Source of the DNA: an uncultured archaeon
GTDB taxonomy: Archaea > Iainarchaeota > Iainarchaeia > Iainarchaeales > 1-14-0-10-31-34
Assembly (NCBI GenBank): GCA_964608675.1
Contig: CAZSOZ010000003.1
Span: 1-64,000 of the forward strand
Length of the DNA stretch: 64,000 nucleotides
Direction of reading: 5' to 3'
Shown: piece after piece, positions 53,401 to 62,465 of the stretch
Layout: every line of letters starts with the position of its first letter
Position numbering within the stretch: position 1 is the first letter of the stretch
Position numbers and translations under genes: made by a program
The notes under the pieces: generated by a model
The model's database searches: none
Told to the model about the DNA's origin: nothing
What the model saw: the letters and a program-made list of their open reading frames with translations, nothing else

Positions 53401-53583
53401 CAGTGAATTATTTTCGTCGTATGAAACACTAAAAATAATATCAAAATCAGTTGTTAAAGAATTTATTTTTGTAGAAGCGTTTGGAGCTGAAATTTCTTCA
53501 ACTGTTAAAGCTGAAGCAGTTGAAACTAAAAAAACTGCAAGTAAAATAAAAAATTTTGAATTCAATTTATCCCCCCGGAACAA
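50440..53583 (-). CDS. Secreted fibronectin type III / Ig-like surface glycoprotein with C-terminal TM anchor
   Basis: Signal peptide; three FN3-type repeats (L.W..S.D..YKIYR..Y.D..YYY.I.A.D.AGN); many N-x-S/T sequons; coiled coil; PATGF followed by TM. Confidence 0.85.
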   Translation of the reverse strand: MFRGDKLNSKFFILLAVFLVSTASALTVEEISAPNASTKINSLTTDFDIIFSVSYDENNSLTSAIYYDEDTNSTEKTEIISVHSTVNGTNTYTWNTTGIRDGSYYIFIETTDGNQNSSKYSEEFLVDKNAPMDPADLNATAGDMQINLIWNASNSDDLQEYNVYRSITDGFIAGEGNLIASTTETNYTDSNISFGTTYYYKIKAIDNAGNLSNESNQANASPLDETPPKTTISGFTDEEWTNLNPLTILFECTDSGSGCNKTFYNLNQTGWNCMTGNTLNVSEEGIHSIEVYSTDNTDLNENSTTYSIKIDSINPSTPADLNATANGLTINLNWTASTDINGSGIKEYKIYRNSTEYAASTTNSYADTNTDHNTTYIYYVKAVDNAGNDSNSSNDANARAIDTTGPAVSIQGANSNWHKQTQTITLTCTALDFEKLYYKINGTEYETTTNPQSFDVSSEGENSLEFWATDTHENEGTHNTATIKIDKSAPNAPSLNSPGANSNGEVNLSWTESTDNPSSSNSGIKGYKIYRKTNSESYSSIASIDGKTNTNYTDTGRSQGTTYYYKITATDNLDQESDLSLSNERQITIPSDSENNNNNYSGDSIAPSVSWREPKEGETLKDMNITLKAYISDTSTLAFVSFTYKKSSETSFNSIDSFQQNILNGTKTVIWNTSRLENGEYDLKVLARDKPGNINSKTIKIKLERDLTALRINSDQNKDQNLSLAEKTIEKAKQSKNEAIDLMNYWKKFNLNFSSDEKIIEGNNLLKKAEQEIQENQLNECIKDAEKAKQKFDEFIQTEIKEYSIETMNSSTEINLSANLENENQKLKEQVNPIREMQLIEIIHDGETYYQQNFILKFENTADKTRKIQIIEVIPKEIIESAEMILSNYKFTIIESDPVIKWETELEAGETKEIVYSLNEKLTKEKADQILESQINFEGNPIILDQKTKIENENFIPATGFLLLEGLLPIGLGAIIIIALLAVIMFVKSNRINFDSKKEDEPAGLASAYNQNFFRKKRTLRENEKPKKTVNPLNSEEEGGRFAYREN
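52609..53185. repeat. Identical 25-bp direct repeat (TGCTGTTGCATTTAAGTCTGCTGGA at 52609-52633 and 53161-53185) at the start of two FN3 domains
   Basis: Read directly; encodes PADLNATA twice. Confidence 0.85.
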
Positions 53584-53656
53584 AAATTTTTGTTTTAAGT
53601 AAAGAATTAGTAGAATATTCTGATTGAAAATGTTTTTTAATGCTTTTATTTTTTTG

Positions 53657-54559
53657 TCAGCATTTCTTTTCTTTTGATTTTTTGTTTTTCCTGAAATTAT
53701 GCATTATCCAAATTAAGGCAATTCCCAGAAAAAAGACTGTTAAAAGAATTAAGGTTGTCTGCAAATTCCATTCTGGTGTTTGTTCTGCAATTCTTTTGAA
53801 TGGAACTAAAAGGCTTCCTATAACCAATCCCAGCAAAACATATAATGTTTTACATCTGTTTTTTTGAAACAAAAAATTTATTGCTCTTGAAATAAAGAAC
53901 ATTCCAATTAATGCTCCTGAAGCTGAAACCAAAAAATAATCTATTTTTTTTGGCAAATCAGAAAAAATATCTATCATGAATTCCCATAAACCCATTATCA
54001 GCAGAATAAATGAACCTGAAATTCCCGGCAGAAACATTGCACTTACTGCAAAAAAACCTCCTAAAAAAACATATAAATAGGAAGGAGCAGCATTAACCGG
54101 AACAAGAAATGCAAGTGATGCGCCTAATAAAAATCCTATTCCTCCAAATAAAATGTTTTGTTTTGAATGACTTTTAATGTCATCAAAAATTATTTTTGAT
54201 GAAGCAATAATTAATCCAGCAAAAAAAGAAACAGTTAAAGTAAAATAATTTTTTACTAAAAATTTGATTCCTTTTGAACCTAAAAATATTGCTGTTGCAA
54301 TTCCTAATCCTAAAGCCAACAAAAAAAATACATCGAGTTCTTTTAGGTTTTTTTTGAGTTCTTTTTTTGTTTCAGGGTTTTTGTTTGTAATGTATTTGAC
54401 TGCATTAAAAAAAAGTTTTGGAGAAATATTTGAAATGGATTTAATCATTTTATCGTAGATTCCTGTAATGAATGCAATTGTGCCTCCTGAAATCCCTGGA
54501 ATTAAATCACATATTCCCATTAAAAGTCCTTTAAAATATAATTTTATTTTTTCGTTCAT
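53657..54559 (-). CDS. DUF368 family membrane protein (polyprenyl-phosphate translocase family)
   Basis: Two repeats: KGLLMGICDLIPGISGGTIAFITGIY and AMFLPGISGSFILLIMG. Confidence 0.9.
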   Translation of the reverse strand: MNEKIKLYFKGLLMGICDLIPGISGGTIAFITGIYDKMIKSISNISPKLFFNAVKYITNKNPETKKELKKNLKELDVFFLLALGLGIATAIFLGSKGIKFLVKNYFTLTVSFFAGLIIASSKIIFDDIKSHSKQNILFGGIGFLLGASLAFLVPVNAAPSYLYVFLGGFFAVSAMFLPGISGSFILLIMGLWEFMIDIFSDLPKKIDYFLVSASGALIGMFFISRAINFLFQKNRCKTLYVLLGLVIGSLLVPFKRIAEQTPEWNLQTTLILLTVFFLGIALIWIMHNFRKNKKSKEKKC

Positions 54560-56152
54560 TTAAATCAGTTTTCCTAACCCTAAAAGAGATAAAATTACTC
54601 CTGTGAATCCTTCGCCTGCAATTAATCCTGCTGCAATAAGCCTTCCTTTTTCTGTCAGCTTTTTTTTGTCTGCAATTAATCTTATTATTCCTCCGATAAA
54701 CAAAGGAAAACTTAATTCTATTGGTACATATACTCCTATTCCGAATGCTGCAATAATTATTGCTGACTCAAAAAAAGATATAATTAATGCAAGGATTCCT
54801 CCAATTAAAATTCCAAGCAGTAAATTTCCGCTTAAAGTGTCTGCTTTAATTATTTCGCTTAATGCTACTGCTTGAGGTGCAGGAAGTTCAGGCCCTCCAA
54901 AAGAATAAGTTTGATTTAATGCAAGCAGTATTATTCCGATTACCATTCCTCCTATTATTACTCCGATTAATTGTGCAATAAACTGGTTTTTTGGTTTTGT
55001 TCCTAAAATAAATCCTGTTTTTAAGTCCTGCAGAGTGTCTCCTGCTATTCCTGCTGAAATACAGACTACTGTAGCAATTATTACAAGGAAAACTGCGTTG
55101 AATCCAAAAACAATTTTTGCAGCAATCAATACAATCATTGCAAATAATTCCATTGGATCAACATTCATTTCTCCTGTTATTCTTCCTCCAATGTATGCCA
55201 TTACAAATGCTCCGAGAATTGCAATTACTGCCAGAATCAAATTCATTTCTGTTATGATTGTGATTGTTCCTGTTAACACAATTAAAATTAATCCAATTAA
55301 TTTTCTGTTTTCTTTGAATGCTTCCTTCCAGTCAGAAAAAATGTTTTTTAATGCAGGAATTCCTTTAAGCAGAAAATACATTATTGCTGTTCCAATCACT
55401 ATTCCTATTCCTAATGGTTTAGTTAACTGGATTCCTGCAGTAATTTTGTCTGAAAAAATTCCGTTTGCTATAACATAAGGCAGAATAAAAAAATATGAAG
55501 TCACTGCTCCTAAAAACCATATTCCTGTAAATTTTGGTCCAATCAAGTATCCTCCGGAAAAAGGAATTAATGAAATGCTTGAACCCAAAGAAAACAGTTT
55601 TGAAAAAGAAACTTTCAGTGAATCCAAATTAATAAAAGATGGAATTATTTTCAGGTAATCCCGCAAAAAAGAAAAAATTATTCCTAAACCAAACATTCCT
55701 GCAAGAACTTTTATTTTTTTTCCTTTTTGGTCTCCTGCTAAAATAATTGATGCTGCTGCTTTTCCGTCTGCATACTCTAATTGTTCTTTTTCTATCATTT
55801 GTTTTCTTAACGGAACAGAAAAAATTACTCCTGTTATTCCTCCAACCAAAGAAATTATTGTAATGTCAGTTAAAGAAATCTGCATTCCGATTATATACAA
55901 AGCCGGAACAGTAAAAATTATTCCTGCTGCAAGAAGACCTCCTGCAGAAGCAATTGTTTGCGCTACATTAACTTCGTTTTTGTTTGTGTTTCCAAGCAAA
56001 TTTAAAATTCCTAAAGCCATTATTGATGCAGTTGTAATAGGCCAGTAAACTCCTCCTATTTTGAGTCCGGCAAAAGCAGAATACATGGTAACAATTACTG
56101 CCAGAACGCTTCCGATTAACACTGCTCTTAAACTGAGTTCTTTCATTTGCAT
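54560..56152 (-). CDS. OPT/YSL family oligopeptide transporter
   Basis: [43 protein letters not shown]. Confidence 0.9.
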   Translation of the reverse strand: MQMKELSLRAVLIGSVLAVIVTMYSAFAGLKIGGVYWPITTASIMALGILNLLGNTNKNEVNVAQTIASAGGLLAAGIIFTVPALYIIGMQISLTDITIISLVGGITGVIFSVPLRKQMIEKEQLEYADGKAAASIILAGDQKGKKIKVLAGMFGLGIIFSFLRDYLKIIPSFINLDSLKVSFSKLFSLGSSISLIPFSGGYLIGPKFTGIWFLGAVTSYFFILPYVIANGIFSDKITAGIQLTKPLGIGIVIGTAIMYFLLKGIPALKNIFSDWKEAFKENRKLIGLILIVLTGTITIITEMNLILAVIAILGAFVMAYIGGRITGEMNVDPMELFAMIVLIAAKIVFGFNAVFLVIIATVVCISAGIAGDTLQDLKTGFILGTKPKNQFIAQLIGVIIGGMVIGIILLALNQTYSFGGPELPAPQAVALSEIIKADTLSGNLLLGILIGGILALIISFFESAIIIAAFGIGVYVPIELSFPLFIGGIIRLIADKKKLTEKGRLIAAGLIAGEGFTGVILSLLGLGKLI

Positions 56153-56214
56153 TAAATGTTCAACAATACCTTTTTTATTTTATTTCTTTCAGTTTTAATG
56201 CAGGAGGTTTATTT

Positions 56215-56766
56215 ATGCTTGAATGGATTGCATTAATTTTAGTTATAGTTCTTTTGGGTTTTCTTGTTTTAATTTACAACGGTTTAATTGTAAAAAGAAA
56301 CAGAGTGGATAATGCTTGGAGCCAGATTGATGTTCAATTAAAAAAGAGAGCAGATTTAGTTCCTAATTTGGTTGAAACAGTTAAAGGTTATGCAAGGCAC
56401 GAAAAACAGGTTTTTGAAAACGTTACAAAAGCAAGAACTCAGGTAATGAAAGCAGGAGACAACGTCCAAAAAAAAGCTGAAGCAGAAAACATGTTAACCG
56501 GAGCACTAAAATCTTTGTTTGCTGTAGCTGAAGCTTATCCTGACTTGAAGGCAAACGAAAACTTTAAGCTTTTGCAGGAACAACTTGATGGAATTGAATC
56601 CAAGATTGCTTATGCAAGGCAGTTTTACAATGATTCTGTTTTGGATTACAATAATTCAATTCAGGTTTTTCCAAACAATGTTTTGGCAGGAATGTTTGGC
56701 TTTAAAGAAAAAGAATTTTTTGAAGTGGAAGAATCAGCTAGAACTGCACCAAAAGTCAGTTTCTGA
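56215..56766 (+). CDS. lemA: LemA family protein
   Basis: [44 protein letters not shown]. Confidence 0.95.
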   Translation: MLEWIALILVIVLLGFLVLIYNGLIVKRNRVDNAWSQIDVQLKKRADLVPNLVETVKGYARHEKQVFENVTKARTQVMKAGDNVQKKAEAENMLTGALKSLFAVAEAYPDLKANENFKLLQEQLDGIESKIAYARQFYNDSVLDYNNSIQVFPNNVLAGMFGFKEKEFFEVEESARTAPKVSF

Positions 56767-56844
56767 CTTTCTTCTTTTTTCTTTTTTTTTTATTTTTTGT
56801 TGTCAAATTTAAATATATTTCTTTTCAGTATTATTTGTGGTTTA

Positions 56845-57738
56845 ATGATTTATGACAGAATTGCAGTAAACAAAAGAAACTCAATTTTATTGTTTGCATT
56901 TTTTTTTATTTTCATTTTATTTTTAGGATGGATTTTTGGAGAAATTTTTGGCTGGGGATTGTTTGGATTAATTTTTGCTTTTCTTTTGGCTTTATTTTTG
57001 ATTTTTATTTCTTATTATAAAAGTGATTCTTTGGTTTTGTCTGTTTCTAAAGCAAAACCGGTTAAAGAAAAAGAATGGCCTCATTTATATCATTCAGTTG
57101 AAGGCCTTGCAATTGCTGCAGGCATTCCCAAGCCAAAACTGTATATGATTGATGACACTGCAATTAATGCTTTTGCTACCGGTCGTGACCCTGAACACGC
57201 GGTGATTGTTGTAACTAAAGGAGCAGCAACAAGGCTGGATAGACTTGAATTAGAGGGAGTTATTGCTCATGAAATGTCTCACATAAAAAATTATGATATA
57301 AGGTTCATGATGCTTGTCACTGTAATGGTTGGAACTGCTGCTTTGTTAAGCAATATTATTTTGAGGAGTTTTTTGTGGGGAGGTCATTCCGGAAATAGGA
57401 GAGGTGGAGGAGGAGCTCAATTGGCATTAATTGCTTTAGGTTTAATTTTTGCTGTATTAACTCCTTTTATTGCTCAGGCAATTAAGTTTGCTATTTCAAG
57501 GAAAAGGGAATTTCTTGCAGATGCAGACGGAGCATTATTAACTCGTTATCCAAAAGGGCTGGCTGATGCTTTAAGGAAAATTAATGCTGATGCAGAACCA
57601 TTAGAGGTAGCGAATGAGGCAACAGAAAATTTGTATATTTCTAATCCCTTCAAGAAAAAACATAAATCTTGGTTTAAGGGAATGTTTAACACTCATCCTC
57701 CTTTAGAAGACAGAATAGCAGCTTTGGATAAAATGTGA
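56845..57738 (+). CDS. htpX: M48 family zinc metalloprotease HtpX
   Basis: NAFATGR, HEMSH (HExxH), SRKREFLAD, THPP..RI; follows lemA; start taken at ATG 56845. Confidence 0.92.
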   Translation: MIYDRIAVNKRNSILLFAFFFIFILFLGWIFGEIFGWGLFGLIFAFLLALFLIFISYYKSDSLVLSVSKAKPVKEKEWPHLYHSVEGLAIAAGIPKPKLYMIDDTAINAFATGRDPEHAVIVVTKGAATRLDRLELEGVIAHEMSHIKNYDIRFMMLVTVMVGTAALLSNIILRSFLWGGHSGNRRGGGGAQLALIALGLIFAVLTPFIAQAIKFAISRKREFLADADGALLTRYPKGLADALRKINADAEPLEVANEATENLYISNPFKKKHKSWFKGMFNTHPPLEDRIAALDKM

Positions 57739-57774
57739 AGAATAAATACTTTTTCTTTTTATTAATTTGTTTGT

Positions 57775-58437
57775 ATGAATAAACCTTTTCTTTTTGGAGT
57801 TTCAACAGCCAACAGAGGTTTTTTACAGGATTTTTTTCGGGTTATTCACGAAAAAAATATTTCAGTTAAAGATAATATCGGAGTTGAATACACTCGTTAT
57901 CATTATGACAGCCTGCCAAGAACCCAACAGGATTTTTTTTGGAAAGGGGTTATTGATTCTCTTAAAAGAAAGGGGTTCAAGGAAATTGTTTTTCTTGACG
58001 ACCATAAAACAAGAATGCAAATTGATGCAGTTCATGAAAAAGGCCGTCCTTTAACTGAAAAAGAAGCAGAACTTGTTTTTGAAAGAGAAAAAATTTTTAA
58101 ACAAAGGTTTTCTGATTGCAGGGCAGGAATTTTAGGTGCAGCACATGCATTAAATTTAAAGCAGGACCTTAAAGCCAATGTTTATTTGGATTCTATTTCT
58201 TTTTTAATGCATTCAAAAAATTTGATTCCTCTTAATGCAATTGATTTGCTTGATAAAAGAAAAAGTCTTGCAAGATATTTTGTTGTGCAGGATATTTTGT
58301 CTGGAAAAATCAGGCTTCAAAAAGGTTTTGTTAAAGTGACTAAAATAAAAACAAAAAAGAAATCCACAAAAAAAAAATTTAAGAGAAGAAGAAAGCCGGC
58401 AAAAACTATTTTAAATCAGAGAAGAAAACCTAAATAA
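57775..58437 (+). CDS. Hypothetical protein with very basic C-terminal tail
   Basis: 220-aa ORF ending KTKKKSTKKKFKRRRKPAKTILNQRRKPK. Confidence 0.6.
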   Translation: MNKPFLFGVSTANRGFLQDFFRVIHEKNISVKDNIGVEYTRYHYDSLPRTQQDFFWKGVIDSLKRKGFKEIVFLDDHKTRMQIDAVHEKGRPLTEKEAELVFEREKIFKQRFSDCRAGILGAAHALNLKQDLKANVYLDSISFLMHSKNLIPLNAIDLLDKRKSLARYFVVQDILSGKIRLQKGFVKVTKIKTKKKSTKKKFKRRRKPAKTILNQRRKPK

Positions 58438-59206
58438 AAGCGTTTTTTAGTGCGTGCCTGCATTCACAGTCTTTTTGTGTGTCTATTATTGGAACAACTT
58501 TTTTGATTAATTGCTTTAATTTTTTACTGTTTTCTTTCATTATTTTGAGAACGCTTTCCACGTTTACAGGAGTTTTTTTCCATACATCATAATCGGTTAT
58601 TGTTGCAATTGAAGCATAACAAATTTCTGCTTCTCTTGCCAGAACTGTTTCTGGAACCAAAGTCATTCCAATTACATCTGCATTCCATTTTCTAAAAAGC
58701 ATGCTTTCTGCTTTGGTTGAAAACCTTGGGCCTTCAATTACAATGCAGGTTCCTTTTTCATGAAAACCAAATTTTAGTTCTTTTGCTGATTGAATCAATT
58801 TTTTTCTTAAATCAGAGCAGAATGGTTCTGCAACAGAAATATGACATACTTTGTTTTTGTCGTAAAAAGTCTGCTGTCTTTTTGTGGTTTTGTCTATGAA
58901 TTGGTCAACAAAAACAAATTCTCCTGGCTTAAATTTTTCTTTCAGGCTTCCTACTGCTGATGAAGCCAGAATTTTTTTTGCTCCAATTTCTTTTAGTGCT
59001 TTAATGTTTGCACGATAATTCACGTTTGTGGGGTTGATTGTATGTTTTGTTCCGTGCCTTGAAAGCAATGCAACTTTTTTTCCTGATATTTCTCCGATTT
59101 TAATTGTGCTTGAAGGTTCGCCGAATTCAGTTGAAATTTTTTTTTCTTCTTTTAATTTAAATAAATCAGGGTCTTCAAATCCTGTTCCACCTATTAATCC
59201 AATCAT
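58430..59206 (-). CDS. mtnP: S-methyl-5'-thioadenosine phosphorylase
   Basis: IGGTG, LSRHG..H, VNYRANI, SAVGSL, EGPRFST.AES, GMT..PE, TDYD. Confidence 0.93.
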   Translation of the reverse strand: MIGLIGGTGFEDPDLFKLKEEKKISTEFGEPSSTIKIGEISGKKVALLSRHGTKHTINPTNVNYRANIKALKEIGAKKILASSAVGSLKEKFKPGEFVFVDQFIDKTTKRQQTFYDKNKVCHISVAEPFCSDLRKKLIQSAKELKFGFHEKGTCIVIEGPRFSTKAESMLFRKWNADVIGMTLVPETVLAREAEICYASIATITDYDVWKKTPVNVESVLKIMKENSKKLKQLIKKVVPIIDTQKDCECRHALKNAFI

Positions 59207-59213
59207 TTTTTTT

Positions 59214-59735
59214 TCACTCTGAACTGTAATTAATTAAAGAAAAAACTTTGTAGGGCTTTAATTTTTTTCTTCCTTTCAAAAAACTTAATTCAATTAAAAA
59301 ACAAAATCCAATTATTTTTCCGCCGGCTTTTTCAATTAATTCTGCTGTTGCTTTTGCTGTGCCTCCTGTTGCCAGCAAATCATCTACAATTAAAACGTTC
59401 TCGTTTTTTTTTACTGCATCCAAATGCATTTCAAGTTTGTCTTTTCCATATTCTTTTTGATAGCTTGCTTTTTGTGTTTTAAAAGGAAGTTTTCCAGGTT
59501 TTCTTATTGGAATAAAAGATGCATTTAATTTGTATGCAATTATTGCTCCAAAAATGAATCCTCTTGCTTCTGTTCCTGCCACTACATTAATTTTTTTGTT
59601 TTTGAAGGGCTCCAGCATTCCTTGAACTGCTTTTTTTACTGCTTTTGGGTCTTGAAGCAATGTTGTTATGTCTTTGAATATTATTCCTTTTTTTGGAAAA
59701 TTTGGAATGCTTCTGATTTTTTCTTTTAAGTACAT
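59214..59735 (-). CDS. apt: Adenine phosphoribosyltransferase
   Basis: PNFPKKGIIFKDIT, EARGF, RKPGKLP, EYG, VDDLLATGGT. Confidence 0.95.
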   Translation of the reverse strand: MYLKEKIRSIPNFPKKGIIFKDITTLLQDPKAVKKAVQGMLEPFKNKKINVVAGTEARGFIFGAIIAYKLNASFIPIRKPGKLPFKTQKASYQKEYGKDKLEMHLDAVKKNENVLIVDDLLATGGTAKATAELIEKAGGKIIGFCFLIELSFLKGRKKLKPYKVFSLINYSSE

Positions 59736-59750
59736 TAACTCACTTTTTTT

Positions 59751-60713
59751 TTATTGTTTTATTTTTTTTCTCCAGTAATCAAGCAAATCCTGCATTGTTT
59801 TTTCAAAGGGAATTTCAGGTTTCCATCCTGTTTGTTTTCTGAATTTAGTTGAATCTCCTAATAAAATTTGCACGTCTGACGGCCTTAATCTTTTGGGGTC
59901 TTGTTTTACTTCAAATTCTATTTTGCTTATTTTTTGGAGTATGTCAACTATTATTTGTATTTTGTATGCTTTTCCTGAAGCAATATTGTATACTTCTCCG
60001 GGAATTCCTTTTTCTGTTGCAAGCCAGTATGCTTTAACCATGTCTCTTACGTCTGTGTAATCTCTTTTTGCTTCAAGGTTTCCTACTTTTAATACAGGTT
60101 CTTGTTCTCCTGTTTCCATTAATGCAACTTGTTTTGCAAAATTGCTTGTAACGTATTGTTCTCCTCTTCTGGGGCCTTCATGATTAAAGGCTCTTGTTCT
60201 GATGATTTTTAATCCATAGCTTTTATTGTACTGGTAGCCAAGCAAATCCATTGCCACTTTGCTTACCCCATAAGGACTTAATGGCCTTAATGGATTGTCT
60301 TCTGTTATTGGAACTTCGTTTTCTTTTACTAATCCGTATTCTTCGCTTGAGCCTGCAATTTGAATTCTTATCTCTTTGTTGTGTTTTTTTATTGCTTCAA
60401 AAATATTTAATGGCCCGAAAATGTTTGCGTTCATTGTTTCTATTGGAGATTTCCATGAACTTGGCACAAAAGCCTGTGCAGCTAAATGAAAAATGTATTC
60501 AGGGCTGATTTCTTCTATTGTTTTGTCTACTCCATATGAATCAGTTATGTCGCATTCTACTAAATTTATTTTTTTGTTTATTTCTTTGATGTTTGATAAG
60601 TCTTCGTTTTTTCTGTAGGTTCCGTATATTTCTCCTAATTTGTTTTCCAGAATATATTCGCTTAAATGGCTTCCTACAAAACCATTTATTCCTGTTATTA
60701 ATACTTTTTTCAT
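59751..60713 (-). CDS. GDP-mannose 4,6-dehydratase / GDP-6-deoxyhexose reductase-like extended SDR
   Basis: TGINGFVG, HLAAQ, GSSEEYG, SPYGVSK, FNHEGPRR, GNL.A.RD. Confidence 0.88.
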   Translation of the reverse strand: MKKVLITGINGFVGSHLSEYILENKLGEIYGTYRKNEDLSNIKEINKKINLVECDITDSYGVDKTIEEISPEYIFHLAAQAFVPSSWKSPIETMNANIFGPLNIFEAIKKHNKEIRIQIAGSSEEYGLVKENEVPITEDNPLRPLSPYGVSKVAMDLLGYQYNKSYGLKIIRTRAFNHEGPRRGEQYVTSNFAKQVALMETGEQEPVLKVGNLEAKRDYTDVRDMVKAYWLATEKGIPGEVYNIASGKAYKIQIIVDILQKISKIEFEVKQDPKRLRPSDVQILLGDSTKFRKQTGWKPEIPFEKTMQDLLDYWRKKIKQ

Positions 60714-60731
60714 TCAACCACCTTTAAAAAA

Positions 60732-61577
60732 TTAAATTATTCCTTTCCATTTATTTTTTGCTTTTTCGTATCTTTCTATGGTGTCTGTGGGAAACCATTG
60801 CCCGTTGTAAACATATCCGTATAATTTTCCTTCTTCGCTTAATTTTGGAAAAACTGCTTCTTCAATTAAAGAGTATCCTTTTGGAAGCATGTCAATTACT
60901 TCGGGTTTTAGAATATATGTCCCTGAATTAATTAAATTTGATTCTGGTTTAACTGGTTTTTCTATGAATCTTTTTATTTGGTTTCCTTGCAATTCAATTA
61001 CTCCAAAGTTTTTGGGGTCTTTAACTGAAGTTAATGCAATTGTTGCATATGCATTATTTTTTTTGTGGAATGTGTGCATGTCATTCAGGTTAATGTTTGT
61101 TAGGTTGTCTCCGTTGAACATAAGAAATTCGTCAAGAAGCAAATTTTTTGCAAGCCTTAACGGCCCGCCTGTTCCTAATGGTTTTTTTTCTATAACGTAT
61201 TCAATGTTCATATCCCATTTTTCTCCTGTTCCAAAGTATTCTTTGATTTGTTCTGCTTTATATCCTAAAGCCATAACTGCGTTTTTTACATGATATTTTG
61301 AAAGCAGTTCAATTACGTATTCTAAAATAGGTTTTCCTTTTATTCCAATCATTGGTTTTGGCGTATTGTTTGTCAAAGGCCTTAATCTTGTTCCTTTTCC
61401 TCCTGCTAGAATAAATGCTGTTGACAAATCAGCGCTTTGAATTGCTTTTCTTACAAGATATTCGACTGCATGGCTTCGGTTTCTGATTTTTTGTCCGTCA
61501 ATTTTTTTGTCTATTGCGTTTAGAACTCCGGAATCAATATTAATAGTAACCCTTTCCTTTTCATTTTTTTTGTTCAT
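60732..61577 (-). CDS. RHH (CopG/NikR-like) DNA-binding domain fused to a sugar-phosphate nucleotidyltransferase (intact motifs)
   Basis: ERVTINID..ID..RNRSHAVEYL N-terminus; LAGGKGTRLRPLT..PKPM, EKKPLGTGG, NGD, EKP. Confidence 0.88.
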   Translation of the reverse strand: MNKKNEKERVTINIDSGVLNAIDKKIDGQKIRNRSHAVEYLVRKAIQSADLSTAFILAGGKGTRLRPLTNNTPKPMIGIKGKPILEYVIELLSKYHVKNAVMALGYKAEQIKEYFGTGEKWDMNIEYVIEKKPLGTGGPLRLAKNLLLDEFLMFNGDNLTNINLNDMHTFHKKNNAYATIALTSVKDPKNFGVIELQGNQIKRFIEKPVKPESNLINSGTYILKPEVIDMLPKGYSLIEEAVFPKLSEEGKLYGYVYNGQWFPTDTIERYEKAKNKWKGII

Positions 61578-61598
61578 AATTTTTCATATTATTTATGA
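61574..61598. promoter_or_regulatory. Putative RHH operator TCATA-N5-TCATA-N5-TATGA overlapping the start codon
   Basis: TCATA at 61574 and 61584, TATGA at 61594; same spacing as at 63265. Confidence 0.55.
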
Positions 61599-61652
61599 TT
61601 ACATTCCTTTTAAAAATTAACCGTTGTTTTATTTTTTTTAGGTTTTTTTTGC

Positions 61653-62465
61653 ATGCTTGGAATAAGTTCTAGTTATTTTGCTTCAAGGGGTTTTTCTGTT
61701 TATGATTCAGTTCAGCAGGCGTATTCTTTGGGTTTTAAGGCAATTGAATTAGGTGCAGCGCATTCTTTTGAAGAAAATTTAAATGAAACAATCCAAAAAA
61801 TTCATGACGATTTTGATGTGTTTTTTACTTTGCATGGATTGTTTCCCCCAAGAAAAGAAAAAGTCTGGTTTAATCCTTCTTTGGGTTTAACTCAAACAAA
61901 TAAAGAAATTATTGATTCTTTTTTTGTTTTTGCTGAACTGGCCGGCGCAAAACTTATTGGCTTTCATCCAGGTTTTTTGTTTGAAGTTTCTTATGTTGAA
62001 AAACAGGGTTTTGGGGAAACCAAAAATTTAAGGCCTTTGGAAAAAACTGTTTCCTGGAATAATTTGTTTGATGTAATGAATTATTTTAAAGAAAAAAACA
62101 GCAATAAATTTTTTCTTGCAATTGAAAATATTACTTCAACTGAAGAAAAAGCTTTGGTTTACGGAAAAAATTTTGAGAAAGTTTTCAGTAAATTTCCTTT
62201 TTTTGGTTTGCTTTTTGATTTAGGGCATTCTATTACAGACAAAACTTATTCTGATTTAATGGAATTCAAAGACAAAATACAGGAAATTCATTTGCATAAA
62301 CCTGAAGGAAAAAAAATCCATCTGCCTGTTTCTGAAAAAGACCTTGAACTGCTTAAGCCAATAAAGCAAATCAATTCAATTCCTGTTATAATTGAGCATT
62401 TTAAGGGAATAACAGAAAAACAAATCCTTGAAGAAAAAGAATTGTTTGAATCTTTTTTTGGTTAA
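61653..62465 (+). CDS. Xylose isomerase-like TIM barrel (sugar phosphate isomerase/epimerase / AP endonuclease 2 family)
   Basis: IEL, TLHG, FHPG, AIEN, FDLGH, EIHLH, IIE metal-binding pattern. Confidence 0.85.
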   Translation: MLGISSSYFASRGFSVYDSVQQAYSLGFKAIELGAAHSFEENLNETIQKIHDDFDVFFTLHGLFPPRKEKVWFNPSLGLTQTNKEIIDSFFVFAELAGAKLIGFHPGFLFEVSYVEKQGFGETKNLRPLEKTVSWNNLFDVMNYFKEKNSNKFFLAIENITSTEEKALVYGKNFEKVFSKFPFFGLLFDLGHSITDKTYSDLMEFKDKIQEIHLHKPEGKKIHLPVSEKDLELLKPIKQINSIPVIIEHFKGITEKQILEEKELFESFFG

